This document shows positions 57,012 through 64,000 of a stretch of 64,000 nt of DNA, one piece after another (within the stretch, counting starts at the first letter, position 1; every line of letters begins with the position of its first letter). The DNA lies in contig CM060732.1 of the NCBI GenBank assembly GCA_030704615.1, positions 15,500,001-15,564,000 of the forward strand. The letters run 5' to 3'. The notes below the pieces were generated by a model. The model did no database searches and was not told the DNA's origin. It saw nothing but the letters and a program-made list of their open reading frames with translations. Origin of the DNA: Takakia lepidozioides (Eukaryota > Plantae > Bryophyta). Both the position numbers and the translations under genes were made by a program.

Positions 57012-57649
57012 TGTCGCGGCCCTGTGCCTTGAGGGCAGGGGGTTGGGACGCATGAGGGGCTGCCCCTGTGGTGGGTGCAGTGGCAGCGATAGGTACGGGG
57101 AGCTGAAGCACCCTTGAGTGCCCAAGGCACACAAGGAGGCGGAGGCGCTCACTAGGTGGAGCCCCGCACACCGGGTTGCGGCGGGGGTGGCTCCACAAGG
57201 GGTGGTGGTAGCTTAGCGGGACTTAGTGGGGGTGACATAGGACTCACCATGGGGCAGAGACCTTGTGGTGGGAATCGTGGGGAGTCTTGGGACTCATCAC
57301 GGTCCAATGGGGCTGTGGTGGGTGGGCCAAGACTCGCCGCGACTCATCACCGAGAGTCGAGGGTCTTCGTGGTGGTTTGCCATAAAATGGCAGGGTTGTT
57401 TGTGAAACCCCCGCGGACAGTCACAGAAGTATATATAGGGAGTAGTAACCCCGAGAACGGTGCAAGCCCGTTGGTGACCAAAAACTAGTGAGTAAGCGAG
57501 CGAGCCGAAAAACGACCAAGGAGTGGGGAGCTATTCTGGACTGTCATCTACCAAAGGGAATTTCCACTAGGCCCAAATTGGTGGAGGGTCTTTTGGAAGA
57601 GTAAAGGGGGACCGTTATGTCCCGGTGAGTAGTCGAAGCTCCGAGTTGG
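57012..57649 (+). repeat. Truncated 5' LTR of copy 4
   Basis: Begins TGTCGCGGCCC, the reverse complement of the other LTR ends. Confidence 0.92.
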
Positions 57650-60600
57650 AGCCCGAGGAATCTGAGGAGTTGGAGCCCGAGGAATTCCTGAGAGCTCCGA
57701 CAGACCAACAGATGCCCCCCATGCCAGCAGTCTTTTGGGAAGGGTTGTTGGCGCAGTTTGGCGGGACGTTGAAAGACGTGTTGAAGGCGGCTAATGCCAC
57801 TTCCACTAAGGCAAAGTTTAAGGTGAAGCCTAAGAAACCTGACACCTTTGAGGGCGTCCAAAATCGGAAGGCACTCAACACCTCGCTCTTGGAGCTAGAG
57901 CAGTACTTCCGGGCGGCCAAGTTGAGTGACGAAGATCGGGTGGAAGTGGCTCCCACCTATTTGAGGGACTATGCTCAACAATGGTGGCAGAAACGCCTTC
58001 ACGACCAAGGTCCAAACCCGGAAACCTTGAACTGGACTGGGTTCAAGGAACTTATGAAGAGACAATTTGTGCCCCTCAACGTGTCCTGGCTCGCCCGAGA
58101 CAAGATGAGGAATTTGAAGCAAACGGATGACATTCGGGGATATGTTCAGGCTTTCAATGTGCTGTTGCTCGAAGTCGCGGACATAGCAGAACCAGAAATG
58201 GTCTTCAACTTTGTGGCGGGACTGGCCCCATGGGCCAGGCGGAAGTTGGAGGAGAAGCCACCTAAGACTTTGAACGAGGCAATTGAGAGGGCTGAATATT
58301 TCTCGGATGTCCCTAGGGGCGAAAGACAAGGCCGTACGGAGCTGAACCACAAGAAGGCCCGGCGGGAGGGTGATTCCTTCCGACCGGAAAAGAAGTGGGA
58401 TAGGCCACACGGCGACAATGGCACGTGGAAATCGAAAGGAGGGCCTTCACACGTCAAGGCAGTACCCGGTGCTTCGAAAGGAAAAGCAGGTGCGGCGGAT
58501 TATGGCCGACAGAAGGCGACCTTCGATGGAGTGTGCTTCAATTGCGGGGAGCCCGGGCACATGGCCAAGAAGTGCACGAAACCCCGACAATTGAACATGA
58601 CTCGGGCGGCCACGGAGCTGTTCGAAGATTCAATCAACCGCTTGGTGGAGGTGGTGGTCGCCAAGACTTGCAAGGTAGGCAACTACTCTTGTGAGTTGTA
58701 TCAGGAAACCGGCGCCTTGCGTAAAGGAAGTCAGTTAATGTTCGTGGAAGGAATAGTTTCCGGAACTAACGTGTCGTTGTTGGTGGACACACGAGCGTCG
58801 CACTCCTTCATGACACCGGCAACGGAACGAAAGCTGGGGCTCCCGACAAGTGACGTGGGGGCCTCTATTGAGGTGCGTTCTGCCAAAGGAGAACCACAAT
58901 TGACGACGAGGTTGGCGTTCGATGTTCCTCTTCAACTGGGGAGTTGGGAGGGACGTGAGAACTTCACCATTTGCGGATTGATGGAGTGGATCTCATTTTG
59001 GGGATGACCTTTTTGAGCAAATCCGGAGCGGTCATAGATGGCCGCAAGAGAGTAGTCACGCTGCCGTGTGGGAATGGTGGCGAAGTTTTACGAGTGTCGG
59101 AAACGCCCAAACCCGTGGGAGGGCGAATAAACCTTCTGTCAGCAAAGGAGTGGGCTGTGGATGAGCCACACGAGCCCCAATTTTTCTTTACGTAAGACAA
59201 GTGAAAGGAGAAGGCGATAGGGAGCCGAGCCCAGATTGGATCAAGGGGATCTTGGAGAAATACCAGGATGTGATGCCGGAGGATTTACCAAGCGGCTTGC
59301 CACCACGAAGAGGAGTTGACCACAAGATTGAGATGATACCGGGAGCGGAGCCGCCTGCCAAGGCGCCCTACCGGTTGAGCCACAGAGAGTTGGTCAAGCT
59401 GAAGACTCAGCTCAAGGATCTAATGTCAAAAGGGTACATCCAGCCGAGTAAGTCACCTTACGGAGCCCCGGTGCTATTTGCAGACAAGAAAGATGGGACG
59501 TTGCGGATGTGTGTCGATTACAGGGCTCTGAATAAGGTGACTATAAAAAACCGGTACCCTTTGTCAAGGATCGACGACCTTTTCGATCGGTTGGCAGGAG
59601 CCAAGTATTTCAGCCGGATCGATTTGCGCTCCGGCTATCATCAAATTTGAGTGGTGGAAGGAGATGAGGAAAAGACTGTGTGCAGGACAAGATATGGTTC
59701 ATATGAGTTCTTGGTGATGCCTTTTGGGCTCACCAACGCACCCGCGACCTTGAGCACGCTGATGAACAGCCTTTTTCAGGAGTGGCTGGATGACTTTGTG
59801 ATCGTGTACATCGACGACATCTTGGTGTACTCGAAAACAAAGGAGGAGCACCTGGAGCACCTCAAAAGGGTGTTCCGGAAATTGCGGGAAAGGAATCTGT
59901 ATGCCAAAGCTTCAAAGTGCGAATTCGGGGTCACAAAAGTGGAGTTCCTTGGGCATGTGTTACACAGGTCAAAATGGATGACAGAAAGGTGAGGGCAATC
60001 TTGGACTGGGAACCTCCGACTTTGGTCCAGGGAGTGCGATCCTTCCTGGGACTCGCCTCCTATTACCGGAAGTATGTGAGAAATTTCGCCAAGATCGCGG
60101 GGCCGCTGTCAGACCTCCTGTGTAAGTCCAAAGTCTGGGTATGGAACACCTTCTGTGGCCAAGCTTTTGCTGAGTTGAAGCAGCGGATGGCGGAAGCTCC
60201 AGTTCTTAAAATCCCGGAGTTCGACCGTCCATTTGAGATTCATACGGATGCGTCGGACTTCGCAATTGGGGTGTGCTTATGCAGGATGGACGTCCAGTGG
60301 CTTACGAAAGTAAGAAACTGAATGAAGTGAAGCGAAGGTGGCCTACGCACGAGAAAGAAATGAAGGCGGTAGTGCATTGCCTTGAGCTTTGGTGCCACTA
60401 TGTTGGTTCCAACCCGGTGAAGGTATTCACGGACAATGTCACGGTGAAGTATTTTGCCACGCAGCCTAAATTGTCCCCAAAACAACTTAGCTGGCAAGAC
60501 ACTTTGGCGGTGTTCGACGTGGATATCCAGTACAAACCGGGATGGGACAATGTGGTGGCCGATGCTTTAAGTAGAAAGCAGCAGCTCATGTTGGTGTACA

Positions 60601-61973
60601 GGGGCGAGACGACGCTCCAAAAGAAGATCCGGAAGGCTTACCGGAAGGATGAGATGGCGAGGTCCGTGATGCGAGACTTAAGGATGGGGGTTAAATCGCA
60701 GTTCCACTTGCAAAATGGACTGCTTCGGTACAAGCAAAAGCGTCTCTACGTGCCGAAGGGAGGGATCAGAGATAGTCTCTTGAGAGAATGCCACGATGGC
60801 CCACTTGCGGAGCCAAGCGCACCGCGGCACTCTTGAAGAAAGAGTATTTCTGGCCCAAACTGAGGGAGGAGGCCGAGGAGTATGTCAAGACATGCACCAC
60901 ATGCCAACAAAACCGGAGCGAGTACAAAAAGCAAGCGGGGCTGTTACAACCCTTGCCGATTCCAGAGGGGTCTTGGGAAAGTGTCTCGATGCATTTCATG
61001 ACTGTTATACCGCTGTCAAAAGGATTCGATGCAATCATGGTGGTGGTGGATAGGTTCAGTAAAATGGGCCATTTCATTCCCACCAAGGAGACGGCAACGG
61101 CACAGGAGACGGGGCGACTTTACTTCGCCCACGTCTTCAAGCATCATGGACTCCCGAAGGATATTGTCTCAGACCGCGATCCAAAGTTTACAAGTAAATT
61201 TTGGAGGGCACTTTGGAAGAAAATGGGGACGAGGCTCAAGATGAGCACCGCCTTTTGACCTACGACGGACGGCCAAACGGAAAGGGCGAACTCCGTGGTG
61301 AAGCAGATCTTGCGGAATTACGTGTCGGCAGACCAATCGGACTGGGTGGAGCACTTGGACGCGACAGAGTTCTGTTATAATAATACAAAACACTCCGCAA
61401 CAGGAGTTTCCCCTTTCGTATTGGTCTATGGAAAAGCACCTCTGGTGCCGACAAGTTGGGCCGCCCAAGACGTTGAAAAACCGGCAGCAGCAGTGGTGCT
61501 GGAAGAACGCGAGCGTTTGTTGAGGCTCGCAGAGTACAACATTGCCAAAGCTAGGAAACGGTATGAATGGCAGACGAATTGGAAGCGGAGGGAAGTTAAG
61601 TTTGAGGCAGGCACGGAGGTCTGGTTGAACATCAAGAATTTTCGACTACCTCCGGAAGTGAGTCCGAAGTTTGTACCTCCGTATGCGGGACCCTTTCGCA
61701 TCCGGAAGGTAATTCAAAGATGAAGTGCGTCCGAATCGGCATCAAGTATTGCGTCCGCCACCTGTGCTGTTGGATCATGAAAATGAACCTGAGTACGAGG
61801 TGGAGGCAGTGCTTAAGTCGAGGAGGTTCAAGAATCGAGAAACGGAGTATCTCGTGAAATGGAAGGGCTATCATCAGGTGGAGGCATTTTGGGTGCGTGC
61901 CTCAGAAATGGGAAACGCATCCGAGGCGGTTGCAGCTTTCGAAGGGCGACCTCAAAAGTGGAAGAAGCGTTGA
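57650..61973 (+). pseudogene. gag-pol: gag-pol with chromodomain, stops and frameshifts
   Basis: ORF pieces 57625-59007 through 61725-61973 contain all domains. Confidence 0.92.
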
Positions 61974-62371
61974 TGGGGACATCAACCTTGGATCGTGGGG
62001 GAGGAAATGCATGCTTAGCCCGGCTTAGCTAGCTCAGGAATCCGATTGCAAAAACTTGTATTGTACAAATTTTAAATGAAATGGTTTCCAAATGTTGTGC
62101 GCCCTATTTTGTTTGGAATGGTGATGCATGGTATGGTTGGCTAGTGTGTAAAATGCATGCTAGCTTACAAAAGTGGGAGAGATAAAATGGATTAATCGTG
62201 TGTTTGCATAGTGTCGAAATCGGGTGACTCCCATCCAAAGGGCAAGGAAACTTGCGCCTTCTTTGGGAGTTCACGTGCTAGTGCGCACCTGGTGCGTGCG
62301 CGTACTATAATTGCGCTACCGAGGGGGTTGCCTTGTAGTGCAGGCTAATGCGGAAGCTACGTGCTTCTGTT

Positions 62372-64000
62372 TAAATATGTCCATTGAGGAGATGGCGGAC
62401 ATGCCTTCTTGCAATCTAGCGGAGACAGTGCACAATGCTTGGTTGCAGCAATCCGGCAAAAAAAGAAGAGATTTGTATGCGGCCACGACCAATGACCTTA
62501 TCCGTGCTCTATAGCAGCAAACCATATACAGGTCATTCTTGAGGGGTGGCCTTGGTGGCAAAGGCCCGGACATGAGCGAGTTGATGTTGCGGGCAGCCAG
62601 AAGATCGGGGGATCCCAGCAAAATAGCGCGGGCAGTGAGCATATGTGTAGATGGCACCCCTCTCGTGGGTAGAGTTCCCCATCTGGAAGGCAAAGAGAGG
62701 GGTATTTGCAGGATTGGGTGTCTCAGTTTTTACGTAACACGGCAGTTTCTGCAGTGACTTCCATACATGGTTTTACCCATATTTGTTCAATAACTCAATA
62801 TTTCATCTAAATTTATATGGTGTAGGTTTTCTAACTACAATAGGTATGTGTACCAATTGTTAGATTGCAAAAACAATCATGTACCAGAGAGCCATGGACT
62901 TTTAAAGTTGATTACTGTGGACTGCAGATGTTACACATAAAATCTTATGGACTGAAAAAACATCATGTACACTCATACAATGACACAAAAGAAAACACAC
63001 TAGGGGTGCCATTTTTAAATCCAACCCAAATCTATTTTTATGTGGACTAATTATCTTAGGAATTGAGAGCTATGGACTATTTTGCACCTAAAAGCAGGTT
63101 GATTTGCTCTAGTCCATAGCATCTTATGTTTTGGGTTTTTGAGGTGTCTTCTTTTACTAAAAATGTATACAAACCTATAATCTAGAGGTGCTAGGTGGTA
63201 TATGGACAAATGGTTGTAAATTCTAGATTTTGATGTCTAAATGTTTTTTCAAATTATAGATTAAAATATCTAGTAAAGAATATTTTCAATCTTTGAGGAG
63301 GGACTCTTTACTAAAAATACTATATATACTAATATCTATTTTTTTTTAAAAATAAACTGAAAGCAATAGATTCAAAAATAAATAAAAATCAATGGACTTC
63401 CAATGGACTCAACATGTGCCGCTTTTGATCCACCCAATCCTGCAACTGCCCAGAGATTCGGGTCTTGCAAACGGAAATTGGACACCCCTCCCGGATCGGA
63501 TGCAGATTCCTATAAGGCGGACAGGGTCAACTTCTCCACGCCACGTGTTCCCTTGGATCAGAGATGGAATTTCGGAACATCCACAGGTGAGGGCCATTCA
63601 GCCCCAGACCGGACCCCTGCATCAAGCACTATCACTGCAATGGTTGAAGACCAGAACATGGTGCCGCATGTAATGAAGTCCATGTGCTTGGACGAGGTTT
63701 GGCATATAGAACGCACAAGTGTTGGATCGCGTGTGAAATGCGCGGCAATCAGGGCCACCAATCATGAAAAATGTACATCTTTAATATCCAGAGGCAAAGA
63801 ACGCACTGCAGCTCCTACATTCACTGGTTTGTTTCTCCCTTACGGACAAGGAGAGGCAAAGAACCACAAGTTCTGGTTCTGCGCTGACGATTGCGGGAGA
63901 TGTGTGCATGGGACAGTGAGGCCCTCTGTGGTGAGGAAGCCTACTCCATCAACCGTGTGGCCTGTGAAGATGGGCACAGGTCTCACCCACCAAGAGACCG
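62372..64000 (+). pseudogene. Divergent Mutator-like transposase fragment (lineage D), interrupted by a MITE, runs off the window
   Basis: DMPSCNLAETVHNAW (catalytic E region), GPDMSELMLRAARRS, HLEG|KERFG..ADSYKADR, KCAAIR, KFWFC; homologous to 36517-37428. Confidence 0.85.
62700..63451. mobile_element. 752-bp AT-rich non-autonomous TIR element (MITE) with 4-bp TSD AGAG
   Basis: TIRs GGGTATTTGCAGGATTGGGTG / CACCCAATCCTGCAACTGCCC; removal restores GAA GGC AAA GAG AGA TTC GGG; internal ATGGACT repeats. Confidence 0.88.

Larger units (their letters stand above)
57012..62371 (+). mobile_element. Chromovirus copy 4; LTR end, PBS and gag 5' deleted, 3' LTR missing
   Basis: LTR from 57012 is fused at ~57649 to gag; the 3' UTR stops at ~62371. 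Confidence 0.93.

Overview
Eukaryotic, very probably plant (inferred non-seed land plant) transposon nest with no ordinary host gene and a 500-N gap at 9836-10335. Two element classes fill the window. (1) Four copies or fragments of one Ty3/gypsy chromovirus (Galadriel-like; ~725-bp TGTCGCG..CGCGACA LTRs, tRNA-iMet PBS, integrase chromodomain), all defective or rearranged. (2) Several lineages of a large Mutator-like (MULE) DNA transposon. One copy is complete end to end (25765-38756, ~13 kb, short TIRs, 9-bp TSD CTTAGTTCC). These elements carry a GCM/WRKY-like + DDE + SWIM transposase and, divergently, a ~10-exon, >=1,200-aa gene that fuses a ParB/Sulfiredoxin-fold domain (WDGNHRLLAW) to a beta-class N6A/N4C DNA-methyltransferase-like domain. 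Some copies also carry a conserved ~185-aa orphan gene. Their non-coding DNA and introns are packed with lineage-specific 22-bp 10-2-10 palindromes (A: GGAAATTCGG-CG-CCGAATTTCC; B: GGAAATGCGG-NN-CCGCATTTCC; C: TGAATGTCGT-CA-ACGACATTCA). In A and B these are spaced at near-integer helical turns (32/53/64/74/85/95 bp). The best candidate for an undescribed system is this transposon-encoded 'ParB-MTase + parS-like phased palindrome array' module; its function is inferred, not shown. Bases 1-9835 are an error-rich duplicate of 44500-54235. All coordinates and splice models were read by eye.
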